DNA of 64,000 bases from Vulcanimicrobiota bacterium (GCA_963820185.1 CAWFYV010000003.1:365706-429705); one strand, 5' to 3'; shown: positions 25,478 to 34,525, counted from the first letter of the stretch. The notes: generated from the letters alone by a model not told the origin. Numbers and translations are program-made.

Positions 25478-26736
25478 GGCTTGTATGAAACCTTCTCGCC
25501 GTCGCCGAGGCTCGACTGGCCATTGCTGACCACGCGCGTGCCCGCGTTTACACCAGTGACGACGCTGTGCATGCTATCGCTCGCGACTTCGGTCACCGCA
25601 ACGGTCTTCACCGTATCGTCGGACTGCACGATTTGCACGCGGTCGTGGTTGTCGTCGGTGAATGCGGTGGTGGGAATCATCACGCCACGCGCCTGCGGGA
25701 GCGCAACGCTGCCGGTAATCGCCATGCCGGGTCGCAATACCTCGCCGGGATTCTCAAGAACGACCTTGACTTGAAATTGCGTAGAGCCTGGCTGGATTTC
25801 ATTCAACACGCCGACCACGCTTCCGGTGAACTTCTTGCTCCCGCTCACGCCGTCGGTCTGAATCGTCGCGGTCGCGCCGGGATGAATCCCGGCGATCTGA
25901 TCGGTCGAGCCGCGCAGCACTGCAAAGATCGGCGAGACCTGTTGAATCGTAAAGATCTGCCGCGTGCCCGGATACTCACCAGGATTGAGATTCCGGTTTA
26001 CCACCACGCCGTCGATCGGCGAGACGATCGTCGCCTTCGAAATCGACACACGTATCTGCTGGGCTTGCGCAAGCGCGACTGCCTCTTGTGCTTTAGCTTG
26101 CGCAACTGAGGACTGCTGCAGTCCCGGCGCGTTCAAGTTCGGACCATTCGCCTGCACGAGCGCCTGCGCGCTTTGTAGTGTCGCCTGGTCGTTCCGGACC
26201 GTCGCCTGATCGGCTTCGTACTGTTGCTGCGACACGTAGCCGTCGTGAAAGAGCGTCGTATCGCGTGCTAGGATGCGCTGATCGCGCGCCAGGTTTGCGA
26301 CCGCCGAATTCAGTCCTTGACTGCCCTGCGTGATCAGCTCGTTGCCGGAATACACGGTGTGCGCGGTGTTGGCCGCGTCGCTCTGCGCAGTGGCAAGGTC
26401 GGATTGTAGCTGCGCCTGCAAGTCAGCGGTATCGAGCTGCGCGAGCACCTCGCCTTTGCGGACGTGGTCGCCCTCTTGCACGTTCACCGTGTCGGCCGGT
26501 TCGCTCAAACTGGATTGAATCGCAACGTTTTCATACGGCGCGATCAAGCCCGACATCGCCGAAGACGGTACGAGCGTCCCGAACTGGGCAACGGTCGTAT
26601 CGACGTAAGGGGCGGGGGCTTGGGCAGCATGTTTTGCGCCGCACGCCGCGAGCGCCATAACGAGCGCAGTGCTAACGAGGTATGGGAAGACCCGCCGCGT
26701 CGCGCGCGATGCCCAGATACAGGCGCGTGACTTCAT
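25474..26736 (-). CDS. RND efflux periplasmic adaptor (HlyD/MFP family) lipoprotein
   Basis: Lipobox LVMALAAC, coiled-coil hairpin (LQAQLQSDLATAQSDAAN...), beta-barrel domain. Trimmed to ATG 26736; the track ORF extends into the upstream gene. Confidence 0.8.
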   Translation of the reverse strand: MKSRACIWASRATRRVFPYLVSTALVMALAACGAKHAAQAPAPYVDTTVAQFGTLVPSSAMSGLIAPYENVAIQSSLSEPADTVNVQEGDHVRKGEVLAQLDTADLQAQLQSDLATAQSDAANTAHTVYSGNELITQGSQGLNSAVANLARDQRILARDTTLFHDGYVSQQQYEADQATVRNDQATLQSAQALVQANGPNLNAPGLQQSSVAQAKAQEAVALAQAQQIRVSISKATIVSPIDGVVVNRNLNPGEYPGTRQIFTIQQVSPIFAVLRGSTDQIAGIHPGATATIQTDGVSGSKKFTGSVVGVLNEIQPGSTQFQVKVVLENPGEVLRPGMAITGSVALPQARGVMIPTTAFTDDNHDRVQIVQSDDTVKTVAVTEVASDSMHSVVTGVNAGTRVVSNGQSSLGDGEKVSYKP

Positions 26737-27655
26737 TGTAGTTCTGCACCCCGGATGCAACATGATTGGTCTTAAGATATGCATTATAGGTTCGCCATGA
26801 AAAGTTGGCGAGAGAGAGGTTGATGTGCCGCCGATTGCGCTCGCGCATCGCTGCGAAGTCTTGCCACACGAGCGGCACGAAAGTTCTCTTGGAATACCGC
26901 GCCTCCGGCGGAAGGTAAAGGAACAGCTCGAGCCAGCCCGAGTACTGGACCACCGGATCATTAGAGCGAGCGCAACTGAGAATTGCCAGAAAGTTCGCCT
27001 CATCCTCGCGAGCATACCCGGCCACATGGCTCCACTCATGGGCCAGGTCGAAGGGGCGTTCGAACCACAGGAGATCGCCCGCCAAGTGCACGTCGAGCGC
27101 GAGGGGGTTGATGTAGCCGCTCGTACCGGTGGCTTCCATGAAGGGGTTCGCCAGCGTCGGCTTGGGTGCCCCGGCGAGCGGCGTCCACACGTTCCCGCCG
27201 GCCTGCACAACCGGGAGCCAGGCCGCGTAGAGCCCCCCCAGATCGACGGGGATCGGGGCGCGGGCATGGGCGGCGGGCGCCAGGCGATTCATCTGCGCAA
27301 TCGCGCGCGCACGCAACACGTCGACCGCACGTGGCGTAATGCGCGCTGGATCGTAGGCGGTACGCGCTTCGATCGGCGCGCGGTCGTAGTTCCAACCCCA
27401 GCCCGCCTCAAACCAAAAGGCGTACAAGCCGGCGACGGCAAGCGCGCCGAGCCAATCGCGACGCAGCACGCGCCACACGAGCATCGCAATGCCGGCGAGC
27501 ACCACGATGTCGCCGAGCGACCACGGTAACCGCGAGCTGATCGCAAAGAGTGCGTTCTCCCAGCCGGGATAGACGCCATTGACATAGACCTGCTCGACCC
27601 ACAACGAAGAAGGCCGCCATAGCAGCGCGGCAATGCCGAGCGCTATGACGGCCAA
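26672..27655 (-). CDS. DUF3810-family membrane protein (HExxH zinc-peptidase-like)
   Basis: 327 aa, N-terminal TMs, LAHEWSHVAGYAREDEANF motif. Confidence 0.6.
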   Translation of the reverse strand: MAVIALGIAALLWRPSSLWVEQVYVNGVYPGWENALFAISSRLPWSLGDIVVLAGIAMLVWRVLRRDWLGALAVAGLYAFWFEAGWGWNYDRAPIEARTAYDPARITPRAVDVLRARAIAQMNRLAPAAHARAPIPVDLGGLYAAWLPVVQAGGNVWTPLAGAPKPTLANPFMEATGTSGYINPLALDVHLAGDLLWFERPFDLAHEWSHVAGYAREDEANFLAILSCARSNDPVVQYSGWLELFLYLPPEARYSKRTFVPLVWQDFAAMRERNRRHINLSLANFSWRTYNAYLKTNHVASGVQNYNEVTRLYLGIARDAAGLPIPR

Positions 27656-27678
27656 CTTCAGAACCGTCGAGCGACGAA

Positions 27679-28071
27679 TTATCGTTTGCTAAACTGGAAG
27701 CGCTTACGTGCGCGCTTGCGTCCGTACTTCTTCGATTCTTTCTCACGCGGGTCACGCGTCAGGAAACCGCTCTTGCGCAGGATCTCCTTGAACGAGCCGT
27801 CCATCTCGACGAGCGCGCGCGAAATACCGTGCCGCACCGCACCGGCTTGACCGGTGACGCCGCCGCCTTGCGTTTTGACGATCACGTCGTAACGGCCGCC
27901 GCTCTGCGTGGCTTCAAACGGCTGACGCACGATCTGCTGCAGCTGCGGACGCGGGAAGTACTCTTCGATCGACTTCTTGTTGACCGTGATGACGCCCTGA
28001 CCGAGGGAGAGCTTCACGCGCGCGACTGCGCGCTTGCGACGACCGGTGGCTTGAATCTGCGTGTTATCCAC
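27679..28071 (-). CDS. rpsI: 30S ribosomal protein S9
   Basis: 130 aa. GRRKRAVARV...GGGVTGQAGAVRHGISRAL...RDPREKESKKYGRKRARKRFQFSKR. Confidence 0.95.
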   Translation of the reverse strand: MDNTQIQATGRRKRAVARVKLSLGQGVITVNKKSIEEYFPRPQLQQIVRQPFEATQSGGRYDVIVKTQGGGVTGQAGAVRHGISRALVEMDGSFKEILRKSGFLTRDPREKESKKYGRKRARKRFQFSKR

Positions 28072-28079
28072 GAATGCTC

Positions 28080-28505
28080 CTAAAACAGCGGCTGCGGCTT
28101 TTGCGCGTCGTGCGGATGCGCCGCACCGGCATAAACATTGAGGCGACGCAATTGCACGTCGCGCATGCGGTTGGTCGGAAGCATGCCGCGCACGGCCTCT
28201 TCGATCAAACGCTCGGGATGTTTGGCGTGCACTTCACGCGCGGTCGGCTCTTTGAGTCCGCCCGGATAACCGCTATGACGGCGATAGAGTTTCGTGTCCC
28301 ACTTCTTGCCCGAAAGCTCGATCTTCTCGGCGTTGATCACGATGACGTGATCGCCGTTGTCGATGTGGGGCGTCCAGGTCGGCTTGTGCTTCCCCGAGAG
28401 CGCGCGTGCGATGCGCACTGCGAGCGTACCCAGGCGCTGCCCGGCCGCGTCGACGACGTACCAATCGGCCTTCGTCTCCGCGGTTTTTTGCAAAGTGGTT
28501 CTCAT
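28080..28505 (-). CDS. rplM: 50S ribosomal protein L13
   Basis: 141 aa. WYVVDAAGQRLGTLAVRIARALSGKHKPTWTPH.DNGDHVIVINA... Confidence 0.95.
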   Translation of the reverse strand: MRTTLQKTAETKADWYVVDAAGQRLGTLAVRIARALSGKHKPTWTPHIDNGDHVIVINAEKIELSGKKWDTKLYRRHSGYPGGLKEPTAREVHAKHPERLIEEAVRGMLPTNRMRDVQLRRLNVYAGAAHPHDAQKPQPLF

Positions 28506-28567
28506 AACTTGCGCATCTTACAGGGCGCCGGGGATGGAGTCAAGCAATTTTTCGAGATTGCTTTTAT

Positions 28568-28597
28568 TTGACTATTACTTGACTAATCAAATATACT
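28568..28597 (+). promoter_or_regulatory. candidate sigma70-type promoter of marR (TTGACT-18 nt-TATACT) with overlapping imperfect palindrome; predicts a near-leaderless mRNA
   Basis: AT-rich island in a GC-rich genome. The -10 ends 6 nt before the ATG at 28604. TACTTGACTAATCAAATA is a 14/18 self-complementary candidate operator. Confidence 0.3.
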
Positions 28598-28603
28598 GAG
28601 CCC

Positions 28604-29008
28604 ATGCAGACCGAGGCTATCGAGACGCTGCTCGCGCTTGCTTCTGCCCATGCGCGGGCGGTGCGCGTGCTCGAGGTGCGCGGGCTGAGCTTCGCTGAAC
28701 TGCGGCTCTTGGTGCCGCTGCGCGAGGCGAGCTCCGGGCGCCGCCCGACCGAGCTAGCCCACGAGTTGCACCTGACAGCGTCCGGGGTGACGCGCGCGCT
28801 GCTGCCGCTCGAGCGCCGCGGGATCATCGAGCGTCGCAAGGATCAGAGCGACGCCCGCGCATCGCTCGCGCTGCTCACGCCTGCGGGACGCACGCTCTTA
28901 GATGAGGCGCTCGAAGAAGCCGGCGAACGCGCAGCGCGGCTGCTGCGGCGGATCAACGTCGGCCAAACAAAGCAACTGCAACGCCTGTTAGATGAAGTCG
29001 GCCGCTAA
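28604..29008 (+). CDS. MarR family transcriptional regulator
   Basis: 134 aa. wHTH core RPTELAHELHLTASGVTRALLPLERRGIIERRKDQSDARASLALLTPAG. Confidence 0.85.
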   Translation: MQTEAIETLLALASAHARAVRVLEVRGLSFAELRLLVPLREASSGRRPTELAHELHLTASGVTRALLPLERRGIIERRKDQSDARASLALLTPAGRTLLDEALEEAGERAARLLRRINVGQTKQLQRLLDEVGR

Positions 29009-29012
29009 AAAG

Positions 29013-29044
29013 GGAAGGGCTCGTCGCGATCGACGAGCCCTTCC
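29013..29044 (-). terminator. intrinsic terminator (14-bp perfect stem, CGAT loop) followed on the minus strand by CUUUUU
   Basis: GGAAGGGCTCGTCG-cgat-CGACGAGCCCTTCC. The U-tract exists only for the minus-strand transcript coming from 29045..29842. Confidence 0.5.
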
Positions 29045-29842
29045 TCCGCAACGATCGGTCGCTTCAGTCTTGGTCTGACACAGCCTTACACGCCGTGAGA
29101 CGGTACTTTTGCTCCTCGGCAACGCCAGGTAAAAGCGCGCCATCGAATTGTTGTAAGATCCTTGGCGGTTGGCTCACGGCTGGGTCCTGATATACGTTGC
29201 GATCGATTGCGGCCGCGACCCGCGAAGCTGGCGGAAAGAACTTGCCTGCAAACTGACAGCCTGATCGCTCTGCCCTACCTTTGCATTTCCTTCGTTCGTG
29301 ACAACCTTGCAACCGTCGCCTCTTAGTACGACTGCTGCAGCGAAAGCTGTCCGCGAGACCGTAGAGCGGTACTAGATCTTGCGTTTTGATCGGCGACCGT
29401 CTGGTTGCGATTTGAGTCCGAGTTCGTTTTGTCGTCCTCGGTCTTCGCAGCGGTCGGAAACCGCGTCGGATCATTCAACGCCGCATCAATCGTAGCCAGA
29501 TTGCGAACGATCCCACTGATCACTTTATTCAGGTGCTGGCGTCGAAGATCAGTGCCGGATTTGGATCGTGTGCACCGCCGAAACGCGCACTTTTCCCCAT
29601 CGGCACCCCGACCTGACTCACCCGAAGGTAATCTTTCCCCATTTGGACCAGCATCGGTTTGGAGCTTTCGTATGAGTCGATCATTTGCCTGAAGCCCACC
29701 GATCACGTAGCAGCACGTTGTTTGCGATCGCCGCGCATAGCGGCGTCGAACGCACGCCGATGATGGTCTTAAGCGGTGGTGTTGCGGACGGCGTGGGTGC
29801 CGGGGCATCGGCGATAAGCAACAGCAAGGCAGCAATCACCAT
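29045..29842 (-). pseudogene. candidate decayed gene for a small secreted protein (signal-peptide start, coding sense jumps between three frames)
   Basis: ATG 29842 gives MVIAALLLLIADAPAPTPSATPPLKTIIG..., then stops. Protein-like stretches continue in other frames (VIGGLQANDRLIRKLQ; MLVQMGKDYLRVSQVGVPMGK; LNKVISGIVRNLATIDAALNDPTRFP). Region appears less GC-rich by eye (not computed). Confidence 0.3.
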
Positions 29843-29846
29843 ATTA

Positions 29847-30692
29847 TCAGGCCTGAAAGAGCGGCGGTTCTTTGTACGAGTCGTAGTCGTCGTAGCGTAC
29901 GCCCGCCAGATATAAGCCGTGCGCAGGCGCGGTCAGTCCGGCAGCGCGACGATCGCGTGCGTCGAGGATCGCGCGCAGCGTTGCCGGATCGCGACGGCCG
30001 AGCCCGCATTCGACCAGCGTCCCGACGATGGTGCGCACCATGCGGTGGATGAACCCATCGGCGCTGATGCCGATCCGCACGAGATCGTCCTGCCGCGCGA
30101 TCGTCAGCGAGCGTACGTTACGCACCGTCACACCGTTTTCCGGAAGCACGCCGCAGAACGAACGAAAGTCGTGCTCGCCGATCAGTTGCGCCGCCGCATC
30201 GCCCATTGCATCGAGGTCGAGCGTGTGCCGGTAGACGTGATAGGCGCGATGGGCGAGCAGCGCGCTCCGGTACCGCGCGTTGAGAATGGCGTAGACATAG
30301 CTACGCTCGCGCGCGGAAAAGCGCGCCGAGAATCCGCTTTGCACGATCGCCGCATCACGCACGCTGATGTCATCAGGAAGCGCGGCGTTTAACGCTATCG
30401 CGAGGCGCTCAAACGGAAACGAGCGGGAGGTGATAAATGAAATCACCTGCCCGCTCGCATGGACGCCGGCGTCGGTCCGGCCGGCGCCGCTTATTTTTAC
30501 CGGCTCTTCGAGCAGCTCTTCGAGGGCGCGCTCGATCTCGCCGGCGACGGTGCGGCCCTTGGCCTGCACCTGAAATCCGAAGAACGCGGTGCCGTCGTAT
30601 TCAACGGCACAGCGTACGGTGTGCGCTACGCGTGCACCGTCTCCCGCTTCGGTACGTTCCGCTTCTCGTCCAGATCCAACAGGTCGGGCCAC
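29847..30692 (-). CDS. truA: tRNA pseudouridine(38-40) synthase TruA
   Basis: VEYDGTAFFGFQVQ, GAGRTDAGVHASGQV, FIHRMVRTIVG. The only in-frame start is GTG 30692. Confidence 0.9.
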   Translation of the reverse strand: MARPVGSGREAERTEAGDGARVAHTVRCAVEYDGTAFFGFQVQAKGRTVAGEIERALEELLEEPVKISGAGRTDAGVHASGQVISFITSRSFPFERLAIALNAALPDDISVRDAAIVQSGFSARFSARERSYVYAILNARYRSALLAHRAYHVYRHTLDLDAMGDAAAQLIGEHDFRSFCGVLPENGVTVRNVRSLTIARQDDLVRIGISADGFIHRMVRTIVGTLVECGLGRRDPATLRAILDARDRRAAGLTAPAHGLYLAGVRYDDYDSYKEPPLFQA

Positions 30693-31066
30693 GCTACGAC
30701 GTCGGTCCGGTCGGGAGCAATTTGTTTGCGGAGCTCCAGGAAGTAATTGAGCGAGTCTCCCTCGGGCTTATGCGTGACCCATTCCCTGTTCCACGCTTCG
30801 ATCTCTTGCGGTGACTTCTTGTCGATGAAGCCTTTGACGTAGTTCTGGATGTCGGCATCGCTCTTGGCGTTCTTGATCACGCCGAGTAGCGCGTCGTGGT
30901 CGATGCCCAAGAATCCAAAGACGGCTTGATCCATCCCGCAATTGTAGTGATACTCGCCCTCCTTGCCTATCGCCGTTGCCTTGCCTTTGTCGATCGTACG
31001 GCCGATCTGCACGAGGCCAAAGAGCTTCTCGTGCACGCTGCGGGGATACGAAGTAGTCAAGTCCAT
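30626..31066 (-). CDS. DUF5069 domain-containing protein
   Basis: 146 aa. YPRSVHEKLFGLVQIGRTIDKGKATAIGKEGEYHYNCGMDQAVFGFLGID matches my recollection of the DUF5069 signature. Confidence 0.55.
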   Translation of the reverse strand: MDLTTSYPRSVHEKLFGLVQIGRTIDKGKATAIGKEGEYHYNCGMDQAVFGFLGIDHDALLGVIKNAKSDADIQNYVKGFIDKKSPQEIEAWNREWVTHKPEGDSLNYFLELRKQIAPDRTDVVAWPDLLDLDEKRNVPKRETVHA

Positions 31067-31439
31067 GGAGGTTCTCCTAGCTAGCTGGTTGATAACGTAC
31101 CCCGTGACACCCGCAGTCGCGCGCCGGTTTCGGCTGGGCGCATATACATTGTGCTGGCTGGTTGCCGCCGGCTTGCAGATCTACGCCGCCGATGTAGGGC
31201 CGCATGGCGCCGCGGTGGGTGCCTACGTTCCGGGTTGGCTGCTTGCGGTGGCCGCTATCCCGTTTTGGACCCTGCTGCTGCCGGCGGTCGTCGATACTGG
31301 AGCGGCCGCGGTGGCCGCGCGCGTTACGCCGGGCGCGATGCGCGCGCTCGATTGGTTCAACGCCGTCGGCTTGGTGGTCTACGCTTTTGCGAGCCTGGCA
31401 GTGATCTTTTACGTCGCCTTCGCGAACTATGGCACGTAG
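31065..31439 (+). CDS. small hydrophobic membrane protein (about 4 TM), start uncertain
   Basis: The ATG at 31065 shares the CCATGG palindrome with the divergent DUF5069 start. In-frame TTG 31089 and GTG 31104 are alternatives. No homology recognised. Confidence 0.35.
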   Translation: MEVLLASWLITYPVTPAVARRFRLGAYTLCWLVAAGLQIYAADVGPHGAAVGAYVPGWLLAVAAIPFWTLLLPAVVDTGAAAVAARVTPGAMRALDWFNAVGLVVYAFASLAVIFYVAFANYGT

Positions 31440-31601
31440 CTAGGCGACGTTTTCGCACTCCACATGGTTGCAACTGCAGTGCTCGTGCGGCGCCGCGTCG
31501 GGGTCGACGTTGGCCTGCTCACGGCAGCGGTCGCTACAAAAGAACGCTCCGAGATCGACGTAACAGGTGCACTGCACGTGATCGCACTTTTGTCCGTCCA
31601 T
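31440..31601 (-). CDS. Cys/His-rich small protein, bacterial metallothionein (SmtA/BmtA)-like
   Basis: MDGQKCDHVQCTCYVDLGAFFCSDRCREQANVDPDAAPHEHCSCNHVECENVA. The spacing KCxxxxCxCxV...(F/Y)CSxxC...CxCxHxxC parallels SmtA. Confidence 0.5.
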   Translation of the reverse strand: MDGQKCDHVQCTCYVDLGAFFCSDRCREQANVDPDAAPHEHCSCNHVECENVA

Positions 31602-31743
31602 GTTAGTGCCCCACGACGGCGGTCTGACGCACAAAGTCGCGAGCGCCGGAGCGCACTACCGAGGCGCAAGGAGCGAGCATAGCGGTGGCTATGTGACCGA
31701 CGAGCAACGACGGTAGTGCGACTCCGCCGCCGCGACCCTTTGG

Positions 31744-31842
31744 GCTGATCGTTTGGCGGGCGCGAGCGTCGTCGCTCTTCGCTCGCAAAGCAAAACTTTT
31801 GTCGCTCATCGCTCCTCGCTCGAGCGCCACCAAACGATCAGC
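31744..31842. repeat. about 99-nt imperfect inverted-repeat element (13-bp perfect outer arms GCTGATCGTTTGG / CCAAACGATCAGC)
   Basis: Read directly. Arms continue imperfectly (CGGGCGCGAGCG vs CGCTCGAGCGCCA). Lies in the intergenic region downstream of the lipoprotein gene. Confidence 0.45.
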
Positions 31843-31871
31843 TTGTGCGTCGAACCGCCGTCGTGGGGCAC

Positions 31872-32921
31872 TTAGCCTTGTACGACATAGTCTACGATCT
31901 GGACCTGCGTCCCGTTGCTATAGGTCAAGGTCCCATTGCCTGCCGAGTTCACGGTAAACGTGGCGACCGTCGCGCTCGTGCTGTTATTGGTAAGTGTCCC
32001 GGTGACGTTGCCATTCGACGATCCCGTAATCGCGAACGTACCACCATTCGTGCTGTCGGTGAGCGTGAGCGCAAAGCCGGTGCTCGTCGCCTGCCCGTTG
32101 ATCGAGACGGATGCCGTTTGATCCGAGGACGGCGAGATCGTCCAGTTGGGGAACGCACCCGGCGCGATCGAGAGCGAATTCACCGCACCTACGTACGTGG
32201 CGATCTGCATGCTGACCGACGACGTTCCGACCGCAAGGCTGACCGACGCGCCGTCCATCGCATTGAGCGCCGCAACGTTGGCAACGGCAGCGATGCCGCA
32301 CGCGTTCGACGAACACGCGAGGCCAACGTCGCCAAGCGCGGTGCCGTTCTGCACGACGTTGGTTAACAAGAACGAGTAGCCCGTGATCGTCGCCCCGCCG
32401 TTGGTGAAGTAGAACGTGATCGTCGCGTTAGCGGTGCCCGTTACTGCACCCGTCGGCGACCACTGCGTGAACGTCGCGGGACCGGTGAGCTCGGTGCTGT
32501 TCGGCTCGGACGCGGTCCACACGATCTGGTCTTCCATCTGCCCCGTGCAGTTGGCGTTATAGTAGTCGGTGATCGTTTCCGTCGCCGTGCCGTTGCCGTT
32601 GTTGACGACCGTCGTGGTTTCGCCGCCGCTGCATGTCATCGGATGACGCGGATTGATTTTGCTCAAAGCGCGATGGATCGCGCGCACGGCGGTCAAGGTC
32701 GACAGCGAACCGCCACCCGCATACTCTTGATAGGCTTGCACGCCCGAGAGTGCGCTTTGCGCATCGCTGCGTTGCACGGCCTGCTGCGAAAGGCTGGTTG
32801 GAGGGGTCGGCGTTGCTTGCGGGGCCGGTGAACCGACGAAGCCGCCAGTGCCACCTCCGCCGCCGCAGGCGGTCAGCGAAGCAACAAGCGCGTATGCGGC
32901 AATACGACGGAAACTCTGCAC
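31872..32921 (-). CDS. lipoprotein, Thr/Ser/Gly/Asn-rich secreted protein of unknown function
   Basis: Lipobox LVASLTAC. GGAGGG Shine-Dalgarno 4 nt before GTG 32921; the track TTG at 32933 lies inside the SD. Beta-rich low-complexity repeats. Confidence 0.6.
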   Translation of the reverse strand: MQSFRRIAAYALVASLTACGGGGGTGGFVGSPAPQATPTPPTSLSQQAVQRSDAQSALSGVQAYQEYAGGGSLSTLTAVRAIHRALSKINPRHPMTCSGGETTTVVNNGNGTATETITDYYNANCTGQMEDQIVWTASEPNSTELTGPATFTQWSPTGAVTGTANATITFYFTNGGATITGYSFLLTNVVQNGTALGDVGLACSSNACGIAAVANVAALNAMDGASVSLAVGTSSVSMQIATYVGAVNSLSIAPGAFPNWTISPSSDQTASVSINGQATSTGFALTLTDSTNGGTFAITGSSNGNVTGTLTNNSTSATVATFTVNSAGNGTLTYSNGTQVQIVDYVVQG

Positions 32922-33025
32922 GGCACCCTCCAATGGTAAGGAAATCCTAGAACGTTCCCTCGCCTTCGCCCGTGACGAAAGTCCCGCCTGCGTGGTAGTC
33001 CTTATGGACTACCAGTGGCGGCGTG

Positions 33026-34525
33026 TCACCCGTGTTGCCGCTGGAGCGGGAAGAGCAACACGTCGCGGATCGACACATTGTTTGTTAACAACATGATGAG
33101 CCGATCAATACCGATGCCGATGCCGGCCGTCGGCGGCATTCCGTACTCGAGCGCGCGCACGAAGTCCCAGTCGGGCTGGGGTATCTCCTCGTCGCCCTGC
33201 GCCCGTTCGCGCACCTGCGCTTCGAAGCGGGCGCGCTGATCGTCGGGATCGTTGAGCTCGGTGAACGCGTTGGAGATCTCCATGCGGTTGCAGAAGAGCT
33301 CGTAGCGATCGACCAGCTCCGGATCGCCGGGCTTACGCTTGGCGAGCGGCGAGATGATTAGCGGATAGTCGGTCACAAACGTCGGCTGGACGAGGTGCGG
33401 CTCGAGCACACGTTCGAAGATCTTGTCCAGTGCGTGGCCGTGCGTCGGCGAGGGCGGTAAGCCGAGATCGTGTAGAATATCGGCGGCGCCTTTGGGATCG
33501 AGGAGTTTCTCGCGCGTGTACTTGCCGTGCGAGTAGATCGCAATGCCTTCGAGGTAGCTCACTTTTTCGAAGGGCCGTTTGAACGAGATCAGTTGCTCGC
33601 CGAGCTGCATATCCTCGCGTCCGCCGGTCGCGACGCTTGCGAGATGCGCGATCAAGGCTTCGTTGAATTCGCGCATATCGTTCACGTCCCAATACGCCGC
33701 GTAGAGTTCGAGCATCGTGAACTCGGGATTATGCGTCGTATCGATGCCTTCGTTGCGGAAGATCCGCCCGATCTCGTAGACGCGCTCCATGCCGCCGACG
33801 ATCAACCGTTTGAGATTGAGCTCGGTCGCGATGCGCAACTGCATCTCTTCGCCCGAAAGCGCGTTGACGTGCGTGATAAACGGTCGCGCCGAGGCGCCGC
33901 CGGCCACGTGCAATAGCGTCGGCGTCTCGACTTCGTAGAATCCGCGGTCGTCGATGAAGCGACGCGTTTCGGCGATCAAGCGGCTGCGCATGATCATCGC
34001 GTCGCGCACGTCAGGATTGACGATCAGGTCGACGTAGCGCTGGCGATAGCGCTTCTCGACGTCTTGCAAGCCGTGCCACTTGTCGGGCAACGGCATCAAC
34101 GATTTGCTCAGCAGTTCGAACGACGTGACGTGAAGGGTGAGCTCGCCTTTTTTCGACCGGAACATGAAGCCGCGGACGCCGACGATATCGCCACGCTCGA
34201 TGTCATCCCACTCGGCGAAACGTTCCTCGCCGAGATCATCCTTCTTGAGGTAGATCTGTAAGCGTCCGGTGCGATCGTATAAATCGGCGAAGAGCGTTTT
34301 GCCCGCGGTACGGATCGACATGATCCGCCCGGCGATGCTCCAGCCCTCGGCCTCGGCGTGCTGGGTCGGTTCGAGAAAGCCGTAGCGCTCGCTCAGCTCG
34401 TTCGCGGTCGCTTCGATTTCGTAACGTGTCGGCGCAAACGGATCGTTGCCTCGCGAACGCAGAGCGGCCAGATGCTCGCGCCTGGCCGCTATGAGTGTTG
34501 CTTCGGTTTTCCCGAGGTCGTCCAT
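33026..34525 (-). CDS. lysS: lysine--tRNA ligase (class II)
   Basis: 499 aa. OB-fold N-domain, class II motifs (FYEVETPTL, RIFRNEGIDTTHNPEFTMLE, GIGIGIDRL). Confidence 0.95.
   Translation of the reverse strand: MDDLGKTEATLIAARREHLAALRSRGNDPFAPTRYEIEATANELSERYGFLEPTQHAEAEGWSIAGRIMSIRTAGKTLFADLYDRTGRLQIYLKKDDLGEERFAEWDDIERGDIVGVRGFMFRSKKGELTLHVTSFELLSKSLMPLPDKWHGLQDVEKRYRQRYVDLIVNPDVRDAMIMRSRLIAETRRFIDDRGFYEVETPTLLHVAGGASARPFITHVNALSGEEMQLRIATELNLKRLIVGGMERVYEIGRIFRNEGIDTTHNPEFTMLELYAAYWDVNDMREFNEALIAHLASVATGGREDMQLGEQLISFKRPFEKVSYLEGIAIYSHGKYTREKLLDPKGAADILHDLGLPPSPTHGHALDKIFERVLEPHLVQPTFVTDYPLIISPLAKRKPGDPELVDRYELFCNRMEISNAFTELNDPDDQRARFEAQVRERAQGDEEIPQPDWDFVRALEYGMPPTAGIGIGIDRLIMLLTNNVSIRDVLLFPLQRQHG

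Noticed and set aside
31064-31067. CCATGG where the DUF5069 ATG (minus) and a plus-strand ATG overlap, suggesting head-to-head genes with no promoter space
   Set aside because: More likely the plus-strand membrane ORF starts downstream (TTG 31089 or GTG 31104). This is not a regulatory curiosity I can support.
31603-31833. 76-aa minus-strand ORF (…SFALRAKSDDARARQ…)
   Set aside because: It spans the 99-nt inverted-repeat element and intergenic DNA, and its sequence looks like translated repeat. There is no SD or homology.
32994-33013. 8-bp hairpin GGTAGTCC-ttat-GGACTACC downstream of lysS as a terminator
   Set aside because: Short stem, no U-tract on the minus strand, and the next gene starts about 70 nt downstream. 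Insufficient evidence.
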